The position numbers and the translations under genes are program-made. A DNA stretch of 64,000 nt from Terriglobia bacterium (GTDB taxonomy: Bacteria > Acidobacteriota > Polarisedimenticolia > Polarisedimenticolales > JAIQFR01), in NCBI GenBank assembly GCA_963748015.1, contig CAVVHE010000004.1, forward strand, positions 416,001 through 480,000. The letters run 5' to 3'. Of the stretch, positions 9,607 to 19,252 are shown piece after piece. Within the stretch, counting starts at the first letter, position 1. Each line of letters begins with the position of its first letter. The notes under the pieces are model-generated. The model did no database searches, had not been told where the DNA came from, and worked only from the letters and a program-made list of their open reading frames with translations.

Positions 9607-9918
9607 ATGACCCCTGTGCTCGCAATCCTGGCCGCGCCCGCGCCCTCGGGCGGGCAGCAGCAGCCGCTCTGGTGGACGTTCGGTCCCGTCGTCCTGGTGT
9701 TCGTCATCTTCTACTTCCTCCTCATCGCCCCGGCGCGGAAGAAGCAGAAGCGGCACCAGGAAATGCTCAACGAGCTGAGGGCCGGAGATCGCGTGGTGAC
9801 CCAAGGGGGGATCTACGGCACCATTTCCGGCGTGAGCGACAACGTCGTTCAGCTCAAGATCGCCGATCAGGTCAAGATCGACGTGGATAAGCGGTCGATC
9901 GCGGACAAGGTTCAGTAA
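9607..9918 (+). CDS. yajC: Preprotein translocase subunit YajC
   Basis: IFYFLLIAP, GDRVVTQGGIYG; upstream of secD. Confidence 0.95.
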   Translation: MTPVLAILAAPAPSGGQQQPLWWTFGPVVLVFVIFYFLLIAPARKKQKRHQEMLNELRAGDRVVTQGGIYGTISGVSDNVVQLKIADQVKIDVDKRSIADKVQ

Positions 9919-9968
9919 GGAAATCGGAGCCCTCCGCCGGTCGCGGGGGCGCCTGAGAGGTCGTTTCG

Positions 9969-11576
9969 ATGTCGAAGAGCATGAGCTGGAAGATTCCCCT
10001 CATCGTGGTGGTCGTGGGGCTGGCGGCGTTCTTCCTCTACCCGCCGAAGGACCGCATCAACCTGGGTCTCGACTTGAGGGGCGGCTCCCACATCGTCATG
10101 CAGGTGGAGACCCAGTCCGCGATCAAGTACGAGATGGACCTCACGATCAGCCGGATCGGGCAGGCCTTGAAGGAGAAGGGGGTGACGTTCGGGGGGATGA
10201 CGACCCCCTCGGCCGGCGTCCTCGAGATCAAGGGGACCGACCCCGGCAAGCGGGGCGAGGTCCGCCGCGTGCTCGACGACTACGTCGGGCAGTGGGACAT
10301 CGGGGATCAGGGCGCGGGAAGCTGGCGTGTCACGATGCCGCCGACGATCCAGAACACGATCGAGATCAACGCCGTGGACACCACGCTGACGACGATCCGC
10401 AACCGGATCGACGAGCTGGGAGTGCGCGAGCCGACCGTTCAGAAGGAAGGGATCAAGGGGGACCGGATCCTGATCCAGCTCCCCGGAGTCGAGGATCCCG
10501 AGCGCGCCAAGGAAGTCATGCAGGACCCCGCGGTGCTCGAGTGGAAGACCGTCATCTACCCGCCGGGGATCACGGACTTCCAGAACTGGATCCCGCCGGC
10601 CTCGGAAGAGGAGGTGATCCGCCTCTTCGGCGGCCAGCTTCCGCAAGACACCGTGATCTACCCGCAGCGGGTGGCGGCGCGGGACGGGTCGGGGACCACG
10701 ACGCTCTACTGGCCGCTGAACAAGATCTCGACGATCGTCGGCAACGACCTCAAGAACGCGAACCGGCAGCAGGACCAGTGGGGCGGCACCACGGTCGGTT
10801 TCCAGCTGAGCCAGGACGCCGGACGCCGCTTCGAGACCGCGACGCGGGAGTACGTCGGCAAGAAGATGGCGATCGTCCTCGGCGGGGTGCGGAGCAAGCA
10901 AGTGATCTCGGCCCCCGTGATCCAGAGCACCATCCGCGACCAGGGCCAGATCACCGGGAACTTCGACACCCAGTCGGCCGAGGACCTCGCCCTGAAGCTG
11001 AGGTCCGGCTCGATACCGACCGACGTGACGATCATCGAGGAGCGGACGGTGGGCCCCTCGCTGGGCCGCGACTCGATCCGCGCCGGGATCTTGGCCTCCC
11101 TCGTCGGGTTCGTCGGCGTCATGCTCTTCATGCTGGTTTACTACCGCGGGTCCGGAGTCAACGCCGTGGTGGCGCTTCTCCTGAACGTGGTCCTCGTCAT
11201 GGGCGCGATGGGCTACTTCAAGGCGACCCTGACGCTGCCGGGCATCGCCGGGCTGATCCTGACGGTCGGCATGGCGGTGGACAGCAACGTGCTGATCTTC
11301 GAGAGGATTCGCGAGGAGCTGTCCCTCGGCAAGACGGTGCGAAACGCGGTGGACCTCGGGTTCAGCCGCGCGTTCATGACCATCGTGGACACCCACGTGA
11401 CCACCCTGGTCTCCTCGTTCTTCCTCTTCACGTACGGCACGGGACCGGTGAAGGGCTTCGCCGTGACGCTGACGGTGGGCCTGGTCTTCTCGATGTTCAC
11501 GGCCGTCTTCGTTTCGCGGGTGATATTCGATCTGGTGCTGGGAGAGGGTCGGCCGGTGGAGTCGCTCAGCATCTGA
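9969..11576 (+). CDS. secD: Protein translocase subunit SecD
   Basis: LGLDLRGG, RNRIDELGVREP, VGPSLG, GMAVDSNVLIFERIREE. Confidence 0.97.
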   Translation: MSKSMSWKIPLIVVVVGLAAFFLYPPKDRINLGLDLRGGSHIVMQVETQSAIKYEMDLTISRIGQALKEKGVTFGGMTTPSAGVLEIKGTDPGKRGEVRRVLDDYVGQWDIGDQGAGSWRVTMPPTIQNTIEINAVDTTLTTIRNRIDELGVREPTVQKEGIKGDRILIQLPGVEDPERAKEVMQDPAVLEWKTVIYPPGITDFQNWIPPASEEEVIRLFGGQLPQDTVIYPQRVAARDGSGTTTLYWPLNKISTIVGNDLKNANRQQDQWGGTTVGFQLSQDAGRRFETATREYVGKKMAIVLGGVRSKQVISAPVIQSTIRDQGQITGNFDTQSAEDLALKLRSGSIPTDVTIIEERTVGPSLGRDSIRAGILASLVGFVGVMLFMLVYYRGSGVNAVVALLLNVVLVMGAMGYFKATLTLPGIAGLILTVGMAVDSNVLIFERIREELSLGKTVRNAVDLGFSRAFMTIVDTHVTTLVSSFFLFTYGTGPVKGFAVTLTVGLVFSMFTAVFVSRVIFDLVLGEGRPVESLSI

Positions 11577-11614
11577 CGGCGGAGGGCTCCTTTCCTCGGA
11601 GCCGGGAGTGGGTC

Positions 11615-12802
11615 GTGCTGCATTTCTTCAAGAACCCCCAGATCGACTTCATGGGCAAGCGCAACCTCTGGGTGGGGTTGTCGATAGCCGTCGTGCTGGT
11701 CTCGGCGATCGTCGTGCCGATCCACGGCATCAAGCGCGGGATCGAGTTCACCGGCGGGACCGAGGTGCAGGTCAAGTACACGGCCGCTCCCGATCTGGGC
11801 CTCATCCGTTCGGAGCTGAACCGGTCCGGCTACACGAACCACCTGGTCACGACGATCGGGAAGCCCGACGAGAACGAGGTCTACATCCGCCTCGCGCTCG
11901 CCTCCGCCGTCAAGGAGGAGAACCTCACCCCCAAGGTCGTATCGGCGCTGAGGGCGGGGGACGTCCAGCAGAAGATCGCTTCCGGTCTGCTCGACATCAA
12001 CGTGGCCGACGCTCCCTCGCTCAAGACGCTCCTCGAGACCTCGCCGGATCTCGCCCGCGAGGATGCCCAGGCCATCGCCACGGGGATCGTCGAGGCCAGG
12101 AAGGAAAAGGCGATCTTCCGGTCGGTGGACGACCTGTCCGGCGTTCCCGGAATGAAGCCCGCCGCAATGGAGCTCCTGAGGAAGCGTGCGTTCGTCGGTC
12201 CGTTCGCGGTTCGAAGCGAGTCGTACATCGGGCCGGCCATCGGGCGGGAGTTGTTGCGAAAGGCCCTGCTGGCGATCCTCGGCTCGCTCGCCGGGATGCT
12301 GGTGTACATCTGGTTCCGGTTCGAGTTCCAGTGGGGGCTTGCGGCGGTGGTGGCCCTCATCCACGACACCGCCGTTACCCTGCTGCTCTTCTCCCTCTCC
12401 CCGTACGAGATGAGCCTTCCGGTCGTGGCCGCGTTCCTCACGCTCGTCGGCTACTCGACCAACGACACGGTCGTGGTCTTCGACCGGATCCGCGAGAACC
12501 TGAAGCTGCGGGGAGGGGACGACCTCGTCAAGGTCATCAACGACTCGATCAACCAGACCCTGAGCCGGACCATCATCACGTCCGGCCTCACCTGGATCGT
12601 GGTCGTGGCCCTTCTCGTGATGGGCGGCGAGGCGCTCCGCCCCTTCTCCTTCGTGATGACCGTCGGGATCGTCATCGGGACCTACTCGTCGATCTACATC
12701 GCGAGCCCGATCCTCGTGGTCTGGAAGCATTACTTCAAGAAGAAGGGGAAGTTCAGCGCCGCCGGGGCGAAGTCCGGCGCCCGCAAGGTGCGGGCTTCCT
12801 GA
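11615..12802 (+). CDS. secF: Protein translocase subunit SecF with an inserted HhH-like module
   Basis: GIEFTGG, GPAIGREL, GYSTNDTVVVFDRIREN, TLSRTIITS, GTYSS; 395 aa, GTG start. Confidence 0.95.
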   Translation: MLHFFKNPQIDFMGKRNLWVGLSIAVVLVSAIVVPIHGIKRGIEFTGGTEVQVKYTAAPDLGLIRSELNRSGYTNHLVTTIGKPDENEVYIRLALASAVKEENLTPKVVSALRAGDVQQKIASGLLDINVADAPSLKTLLETSPDLAREDAQAIATGIVEARKEKAIFRSVDDLSGVPGMKPAAMELLRKRAFVGPFAVRSESYIGPAIGRELLRKALLAILGSLAGMLVYIWFRFEFQWGLAAVVALIHDTAVTLLLFSLSPYEMSLPVVAAFLTLVGYSTNDTVVVFDRIRENLKLRGGDDLVKVINDSINQTLSRTIITSGLTWIVVVALLVMGGEALRPFSFVMTVGIVIGTYSSIYIASPILVVWKHYFKKKGKFSAAGAKSGARKVRAS

Positions 12803-12812
12803 AGCCGGGACG

Positions 12813-12861
12813 AGGAGCCTCCGAGAGTAATCCCGCGGACCGCGCGATTACTCGGACCGGC
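12813..12861. repeat. REP-like palindromic element, copy 2
   Basis: GAGTAATC-N13-GATTACTCGGACCGGC; shares AGGAGC and GGACCGGC flanks with copy 1. Confidence 0.75.
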
Positions 12862-12925
12862 ACCTAGCGGCCGACGCGGCGCGGGCCCGCCCGATTCGAT
12901 CCCGGGAGCGGGAGGGTGAGGCAGC

Positions 12926-15085
12926 ATGGTGCGCCGGTTCGAGGACATCCTGGAGTGCGTCGAGGAGTACAACCCCGGCGCGGACCTCGGACTCCTCCGG
13001 CGCGCCTACGTCTTCTCCGCTCGCGAGCACCGCAGCCAGGTTCGCCGCTCGGGTGAGCCCTACCTCGTCCACCCGATCGAGGTCGCCTACACCCTCGCGG
13101 AGCTCCGCCTCGACACGGCGAGCGTCGTCGCCGGGCTGCTCCACGACGTCGTCGAGGACACCCTGACGACGATCGAGACCGTCCGCGAGTACTTCGGCGA
13201 GGACGTGTCGCACATCGTCGCGGGGGTGACGAAGATCTCGAAGCTCCAGTTCGCGTCCCCCGAGCAGGCCGAGGCCGAGAACCTCCGCAAGATGATCCTC
13301 GCGATGGTCGACGACATCCGGGTGATCCTCGTCAAGCTCGCGGACCGGCTCCACAACATGCGCACGCTCCAGTTCCTCGACTCCCCGCGCCGGGAGCGGA
13401 TCGCCCGGGAGACGGCGGAAATCTACGCTCCGATCGCCAACCGGCTCGGGATGGGGAGGATCCGGGCGGAGCTCGAGGACCTCGCGTTCCAGTACCTCGA
13501 GCCCGAGGCCCACAAGGCGCTCACCGAGGCGCTCGAGGCCCGGCGCAAGGTGACCGGCGACTTCATCGAGGGGATCCGCGCGAAGCTGGAGGCGGCGCTC
13601 GCGGAAGCGGGGATCGAGGCCGCGATCAAGGGGCGCATCAAGAGCACCGCCTCGATGAATCGCAAGATCAAGCGCCAGCGGATCGACGTGGACCAGATCT
13701 ACGACTACGTCGCCTTCCGGATCCTGACGTCCACGGTGAAGGACTGCTACGGCGCGCTCGGCGTGGTCCACTCGGAGTGGCGCCCGGTGCCCGGCCGCAT
13801 CAAGGACTTCATCGCGATGCCCAAGCTCAACATGTACCAATCGCTGCACACCTCGGTGATGACCGACAAGGGGCAGCCGTTCGAGGTGCAGATCCGGACG
13901 CACGAGATGCACCGGATCGCCGAGGAGGGGATCGCCGCCCACTGGCAGTACAAGGAGGGGGGGCGGCTCTCGGGGCAGGACGCGGAGCGGGTGACCTGGC
14001 TGCGCCAGCTCCTGGAGTGGCAGCAGGACCTCAAGGACCCCCGCGAGTTCCTCGAGATGGTGAAGGTGGATCTCTACCCCGAGGAGGTCTACACGTTCAC
14101 GCCGAAGGGGAAGGTCCTTTCCTTCCCGAGAGGGGCGACCCCGGTGGACTTCGCCTACGGGATCCACACGGAGATCGGGCACCACTGCACCGGCGCGAAG
14201 ATCAACGGCCGGATCGTGCCCCTCAGGACGCAGCTCCAGAACGGCGACATCATCGAGATCCTGACGCAGCCGGGGCACAATCCGAGCCGGGACTGGCTCG
14301 CCCTCGCGAAGACGACCCGCGCGCGGAGCAAGATCCGCGCGTGGCTCAACGCGAACGAGCGATCGCGCTCCGTGGCGCTCGGGCGGGAGTTGGTGGAGCG
14401 GGAGTTCCGGAAGTACAAGGTCTCGCTGCGCTCGGTGTCGGAAGATCCGCGGGTCGCCGACGCGCTGCGGAAGCTCGGCCTCGCCGAGCTCGACGACTAC
14501 TTCGCCGCGGTGGGGTACGGCAAGGTGACGCCGCACGTGCTCCTCGCCGCCGTCGTCCCCTCGGCGGACCTGCATCCCCGGAGCGAAGGGGTCGTCGCCC
14601 GGGTCGTGAAGCGGGCCCTGGGGCTCGTCGAGCGCGGGATCAAGGTCCGCGGGATGGACGACGTGATGATCGCCCTCGCCCGGTGCTGCAATCCCGTCCG
14701 CGGCGAGCAGATCGTCGGGTACATCACCCGGGGGAAGGGCGTGTCGGTCCACTCGGTGCACTGTCCCAACGTGACGCGGCTCCTCTTCGACTCGGAAAGG
14801 CAGATCGCGGTGGAATGGGATTCGGCGCCGGACACGGGCTCGCTGTTCGAGGTCCGTCTCGTGCTCGGCATGGACGACCGGCCCGGGGTGCTCGCGAAGG
14901 TTCTCGCCGCCATCGCCGACGAGAAGAGCAACGTCAAGAACCTCGACGCGAAGACCTTCGAGGGAAGCGAGGCCAAGGTCAGCCTCGTGCTCGCGGTTTC
15001 CGATCGCCGGCAGATGGAGAAGGTCATGGACCGGATCCGGAAGGTCGGAGGCGTGAGGCAGGTCGAGAGGGTCTTGAGCCAGTGA
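12926..15085 (+). CDS. spoT: Bifunctional (p)ppGpp synthetase/hydrolase (Rel/SpoT)
   Basis: HDVVEDT hydrolase motif; RIKD and YQSLHT synthetase motifs; TGS (DFAYGIHT), CC and ACT domains. Confidence 0.95.
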   Translation: MVRRFEDILECVEEYNPGADLGLLRRAYVFSAREHRSQVRRSGEPYLVHPIEVAYTLAELRLDTASVVAGLLHDVVEDTLTTIETVREYFGEDVSHIVAGVTKISKLQFASPEQAEAENLRKMILAMVDDIRVILVKLADRLHNMRTLQFLDSPRRERIARETAEIYAPIANRLGMGRIRAELEDLAFQYLEPEAHKALTEALEARRKVTGDFIEGIRAKLEAALAEAGIEAAIKGRIKSTASMNRKIKRQRIDVDQIYDYVAFRILTSTVKDCYGALGVVHSEWRPVPGRIKDFIAMPKLNMYQSLHTSVMTDKGQPFEVQIRTHEMHRIAEEGIAAHWQYKEGGRLSGQDAERVTWLRQLLEWQQDLKDPREFLEMVKVDLYPEEVYTFTPKGKVLSFPRGATPVDFAYGIHTEIGHHCTGAKINGRIVPLRTQLQNGDIIEILTQPGHNPSRDWLALAKTTRARSKIRAWLNANERSRSVALGRELVEREFRKYKVSLRSVSEDPRVADALRKLGLAELDDYFAAVGYGKVTPHVLLAAVVPSADLHPRSEGVVARVVKRALGLVERGIKVRGMDDVMIALARCCNPVRGEQIVGYITRGKGVSVHSVHCPNVTRLLFDSERQIAVEWDSAPDTGSLFEVRLVLGMDDRPGVLAKVLAAIADEKSNVKNLDAKTFEGSEAKVSLVLAVSDRRQMEKVMDRIRKVGGVRQVERVLSQ

Positions 15086-15164
15086 GGCGGGAGGCCGCGT
15101 CAGGGTCCGGCGATCGTTCCGCGCGCGGCGCGCCACGACGCGGTCCCGGCGGCGAGGAGGCGAG

Positions 15165-15545
15165 ATGCGCGAGACGGTGCAGACGGATCGGGCCCCCGCG
15201 GCGGTGGGGCCGTACTCGCAAGCGGTGAAGGCGGGTGGCGCGGTTTGGGTCTCGGGGCAGATTCCGCTGGACCCCGCGACCGGAGCTCTCGTCCCGGGGG
15301 ACGTCGAGGCGCAGGCCCGTCAGGTCCTGAAGAACCTCGGGGCGATCCTCGAGGCCGCCGGGAGCGGCTTCGACCGGGTGGTCAAGGCCACGGTGTACCT
15401 CACGGACCTCGACGACTTCGACGTGGTGAACCGTGTCTACGCGGAGTTCATGCCGTCCCCGCCCCCGGCGCGCGCATGCGTCCAGGTGTCGCGACTGCCG
15501 CGGGGCGCTCGCGTCGAGATCGACGCGGTGGCGTATTCGGGCTGA
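15165..15545 (+). CDS. ridA: RidA family enamine/imine deaminase
   Basis: APAAVGPYSQA, SGQIPLDP, PARACVQV..LP, VEID. Confidence 0.93.
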   Translation: MRETVQTDRAPAAVGPYSQAVKAGGAVWVSGQIPLDPATGALVPGDVEAQARQVLKNLGAILEAAGSGFDRVVKATVYLTDLDDFDVVNRVYAEFMPSPPPARACVQVSRLPRGARVEIDAVAYSG

Positions 15546-15613
15546 CGGCTTGCCGCCAGGACGCGAAGAGTGGGGGGTGCGCAGCTCCCTTCGAGGAACC
15601 GCGCGCGGTCAGG

Positions 15614-15811
15614 TCAGCTGACGGCTTTCCGGACGGACCCACTGCGGAGGCAACGGGTGCAGATGCGCATCCGCTTCGCGCCACCGCCCTCGACGCTCAC
15701 GCGGACTTCCTGCAGGTTCGGCAGGAACTTGCGGGAGGTCACGTTGTGGGCATGCGATACGTTACGCCCGAAGATCGTCTTCTTGCCGCAGATCTCGCAG
15801 ACTCGAGCCAT
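15614..15811 (-). CDS. rpmB: 50S ribosomal protein L28 (C+ form)
   Basis: [32 protein letters not shown]. Confidence 0.96.
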   Translation of the reverse strand: MARVCEICGKKTIFGRNVSHAHNVTSRKFLPNLQEVRVSVEGGGAKRMRICTRCLRSGSVRKAVS

Positions 15812-15869
15812 CGCTAGTCCTCGGCGATTTGGGCCGCCTTGCCAATGAAAGCCGCCGCGCGAAACCCGA

Positions 15870-15898
15870 ATCCTATTTGAGCCCGGCGTTCCTGTCAA
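15870..15898 (-). promoter_or_regulatory. Sigma70 promoter of rpmB
   Basis: Minus strand TTGACA-N17-TAGGAT. Confidence 0.75.
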
Positions 15899-16244
15899 GG
15901 AAGGGCGCCCGGCTTCCTCCGGCCATGCCCTCGCGCCGGTGCCCTCGATGAGGGCGCGGTGTGCCGCGGCCCGCCCCGGCGATGGCCACGAGCCCCACGA
16001 TACGCCCGGAAAGACCGGAGGATATTGCCTTGGCGAGCGGCCACCCGACGCATGGTTGCTTTCGTCAGTTGCGCATCTATATTAGAGCCTCGACGTTCAT
16101 CCGGAAGGTCCGTAAAACCCGGAATGCAACGCCATCCGACAGGTGCGGAGACGTGGTGACGCAGCGACGAAAGGCCCGGCAAGGCCGACGATGGCCGCGG
16201 AGAACAGCCGGCGGCGCGGCGCGAGGAGCGGGGGTTGTTTTAGC

Positions 16245-16274
16245 TTGACTCGCTCGGAATGAATGACTTAGCTT
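16245..16274 (+). promoter_or_regulatory. Candidate sigma70 promoter of pilMNOPQ
   Basis: TTGACT-N18-TAGCTT in an AT-rich patch; a second candidate TTGCTT-N16-TATATT lies at 16056-16083. Confidence 0.5.
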
Positions 16275-16328
16275 AAAGTCCTACTTGAGGTTCCGGGTTT
16301 TCCGGCCTCGAGGGGTGGCGAGGGAAAC

Positions 16329-17396
16329 ATGCTTTTCGGACGCAGCCGCAACCTGGTCGGGTTGGACATCGGCGATAGCTCCATCAAGGTCGTCGAGCTC
16401 AAGGACCTGGGGAAGGGCCGGGGGTTCCAGCTCGCCAAGCTGGGGTGGGAGCCGCTCCCCGGCGAGGCCATCGTGGACGGCGCGATCATGGACTCCCAGG
16501 TCGTCATCGGCACCATCCAGCGGCTCTTCCAGCGCCTCCGCATCCGCAACCTCGACGTCGCCACCGCCCTCTACGGGCATTCGGTGATCGTCAAGCGGAT
16601 CAGCCTCCCGACGATGGGGGAGGCCGAGCTGGCCGAGTCGATTCACTGGGAGGCCGAGCAGTACATCCCGTTCGCGATCGAGGACGTGCACCTCGACTAC
16701 CAGATCCTCGAGGGCTCGAGCCTGTCCGGCGAAGGGAACATGGACGTGCTGCTCGCCGCCGCCAAGAAGGACAAGATCAGCGACTACGCGGGGGTGATCA
16801 GCCAGGCCGGCCTCAATCCGGTCACGGTGGACATCGCCGCCTTCGCCCTCCAGAACACGTTCGAGGCCAACTACGAGTTCGAGCCGCACCAGGTCATCGC
16901 GTTGGTGGACCTGGGCGCCGCGGTGGCGTCCATCACGGTGCTGCACGGCGGGACCTCCGTGTACTGGCGCGACATCAACATCGGCGGAAGCCAGTACACC
17001 GACGCGATCCAGAAGGAGCTGAACCTCTCCGCCGAGCAGGCGGAGCGGCTGAAGCGGGGCGACGAGATCGAAGGGGTCACCTACGAGCGGATCCTGCCGA
17101 TCCTCGCCGGGGTCACCGAGGATGTCGGTAGCGAGATCCAGAAGACGCTCGACTTCTTCAAGCAGATCTCCGCGGCCGACGAACCCCTCGACCGGCTCTA
17201 CCTCACGGGGGGCGCCTCGCAGGTCGTGCACCTCAAGGAGTCGCTCGCCGACCGCCTCAAGACGCAGGTCGAGATCCTGAACCCGTTCCGGAAGATCCCG
17301 CCGGCGAGCCGCGAGGTCGCTCCGGAGATGATCAACGAGATGATGCCCACCGCGTCGGTGTCCGTGGGGCTGGCGCTCCGACGCATGGGGGACTGA
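16329..17396 (+). CDS. pilM: Type IV pilus assembly protein PilM
   Basis: GLDIGDSSIKVVEL, EAEQYIPF, VLLAAAKK, LYLTGG, VGLALR. Confidence 0.96.
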   Translation: MLFGRSRNLVGLDIGDSSIKVVELKDLGKGRGFQLAKLGWEPLPGEAIVDGAIMDSQVVIGTIQRLFQRLRIRNLDVATALYGHSVIVKRISLPTMGEAELAESIHWEAEQYIPFAIEDVHLDYQILEGSSLSGEGNMDVLLAAAKKDKISDYAGVISQAGLNPVTVDIAAFALQNTFEANYEFEPHQVIALVDLGAAVASITVLHGGTSVYWRDINIGGSQYTDAIQKELNLSAEQAERLKRGDEIEGVTYERILPILAGVTEDVGSEIQKTLDFFKQISAADEPLDRLYLTGGASQVVHLKESLADRLKTQVEILNPFRKIPPASREVAPEMINEMMPTASVSVGLALRRMGD

Positions 17397-17400
17397 GCCG

Positions 17401-17989
17401 ATGATCAAGATCAACCTGCTGGCCGAGAAGAAGACGGTCAAGGCGAAGGCCTCGTCGGGACCCAAGTTCGAAGGGCTCGGCGGAACGCCAGAACCTCCTG
17501 CTCGTCGGAATCCTCGCCGTGGGCGTCATCGTCACGGGAACGTGGTGGTGGGTCCGGGCGGCGGAGCTCAACAGCTGGAAGGCCAAGCAGGCCGCCGCGG
17601 AGATAGAGCTGGCGCGGCTGCAGGAGGTCCGGAAGAAGGCCGAGTTCTTCAAGAAGCAGAAGGAGCTCCTGGAGCGGAAGATCAACCTGATCACCGACCT
17701 CAAGAAGAAGCAGTCGGTGCCGGTTCACATCCTCGACCAGGTCTCGAAGAACCTGCCGGACTTCCTCTGGCTCGACTCCATGTCCGCCGTCCAGAACCAG
17801 GTCAGCGTCTCGGGGAGGGCGACCACGTACACGGCGGTCTCCAATTTTTACGACAACCTGGCCGCGTCGGGCTACTTCACCGACGTCGTGCTGGGGAAGA
17901 CGGCGGAGGTCCCGGAGGGGGTCTCCTTCAGCCTGTCCTGCAAGTTCGCGTCGGCGAAGGAAACACCCGCGCCGGCGCCGCAAGGTTGA
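17401..17989 (+). pseudogene. pilN: PilN split by a +1 frameshift near 17484-17489 (real lesion or sequencing error)
   Basis: MIKINLL in one frame; TM, coiled coil and LPDFLWL core in the next frame. Confidence 0.85.
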
Positions 17990-18101
17990 TCGCGACCCCA
18001 TGAGACGGCCTCTCTGCCGAGCACCGCGCCCAGCCTGCGTGCATCGCCCGTCCCAGGGACGAGCGGCCGCAAGCCTGGGGGCGTGACGGGGAGTCGAAGC
18101 G

Positions 18102-18683
18102 ATGCGGAAACTGCCGTTCTACGCACAGGTTCTGATGATGGTGGTGCTCGCCGCCGGGCTCGTGGGCGTCGCCTACGAGTTCGTGCCGAACCTCAAGGAG
18201 ATGGGCGAGCAGATCCAGAAGATCCGGGCCGAGTACACCGAGAGCGAGCGGAAGATCCGCGAGGGGCAGGCGATCGAGCAGAAGCTCCCCGAGTTCGAGC
18301 GGGAGATCAACAACCTCCAGCGGAAGCTCGGCGACATCCAGCAGATCCTCCCGACGGGCCCGGAAACGGGCGACCTGCTCCGCTGGATCAAGAACATGAC
18401 CGACCAGTCCAACCTGGGCCTCAAGTCGTTCGGTCCCGGAGACCTCAAGCCGGTGGACTTCTACAAGGTCTTTCCGATCGAGATGGACGTGGTCGGGCGC
18501 TATCACGACCTCGGGATCTTCCTGGATCGCGTGAGCAAGTACTCCCGGATCATCAACGTGGACAACCTCCGGCTGTCGGCGCTCAAGAGCGGGGGGGACA
18601 AGACGATCGGCGCCAGCTTCACGGCCACGACGTTCGTGTACGAGGAGCCACCTACCGAGAAGGTCGAGGAGGCCAAGAAATGA
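18102..18683 (+). CDS. pilO: Type IV pilus assembly protein PilO
   Basis: TM plus coiled coil, ILP..ETGDLL, FY..PI, GRYHDLGIF, RIINV. Confidence 0.93.
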   Translation: MRKLPFYAQVLMMVVLAAGLVGVAYEFVPNLKEMGEQIQKIRAEYTESERKIREGQAIEQKLPEFEREINNLQRKLGDIQQILPTGPETGDLLRWIKNMTDQSNLGLKSFGPGDLKPVDFYKVFPIEMDVVGRYHDLGIFLDRVSKYSRIINVDNLRLSALKSGGDKTIGASFTATTFVYEEPPTEKVEEAKK

Positions 18684-19252
18684 ACCGTCGACACCTGGGA
18701 TGGTTCCTCGCGGCGGCGGGCCTGATCCTCGTGGTGACGGCCGCGTCCCCGGCGTTCCCGCAGGGAGCGCCGCCTCCCGCGCCGGGCGCGAAGGAGGCTC
18801 CCGCCGGCGAGGCGAAGAAGGCCGAGACGGAGGGGGACCAGACCGTCGAGACGATCCTGCGGCAGCAGGAGCAGATCCTGAGCGGTCAGAGGTTCTCGTA
18901 TGACCCGGCGGGGCGGCGCGATCCGTTCCGCTCGCTGTTCGAAGATCTGGCGATCAAGCGGAAGGGGCCGCGTCCGAGAGGCGTCGCCGGAATGCTGGTT
19001 TCCGAAATCAACTTGACCGGGCTCGTCAAGGACGCGTCGGGCGGCGACCTCACGCTGTTCATGGGCTCGGACAACAAAGGTTACTTCCTGAGGGTCGGCG
19101 ACGAGGTCTACGACGCCACTCTGATCGCCGTGGATCCCAAGGCCGGAACCGTCACCTTCCGCCAGCAGGTTGACGACCCCCGGCTGATCAAGCCCTACCG
19201 GGACGTCGTGAAGAGGCTGGTCCCGCTGGAGGAGGATAAGGCCAATGAGTAA
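18680..19252 (+). CDS. pilP: PilP-like protein
   Basis: YDPAGRRDPF motif; lies between pilO and pilQ. Confidence 0.75.
   Translation: MNRRHLGWFLAAAGLILVVTAASPAFPQGAPPPAPGAKEAPAGEAKKAETEGDQTVETILRQQEQILSGQRFSYDPAGRRDPFRSLFEDLAIKRKGPRPRGVAGMLVSEINLTGLVKDASGGDLTLFMGSDNKGYFLRVGDEVYDATLIAVDPKAGTVTFRQQVDDPRLIKPYRDVVKRLVPLEEDKANE

Noticed and set aside
16120..16215. c-di-GMP-I (GEMM) riboswitch upstream of pilM
   Set aside because: Only GGTGACGCA resembles it; no GAAA-capped P2 or tetraloop receptor in the right positions.
17401..18003. 200-aa ORF as a real protein
   Set aside because: Only the first 28 or so codons are PilN; the rest is out-of-frame sequence after the frameshift.
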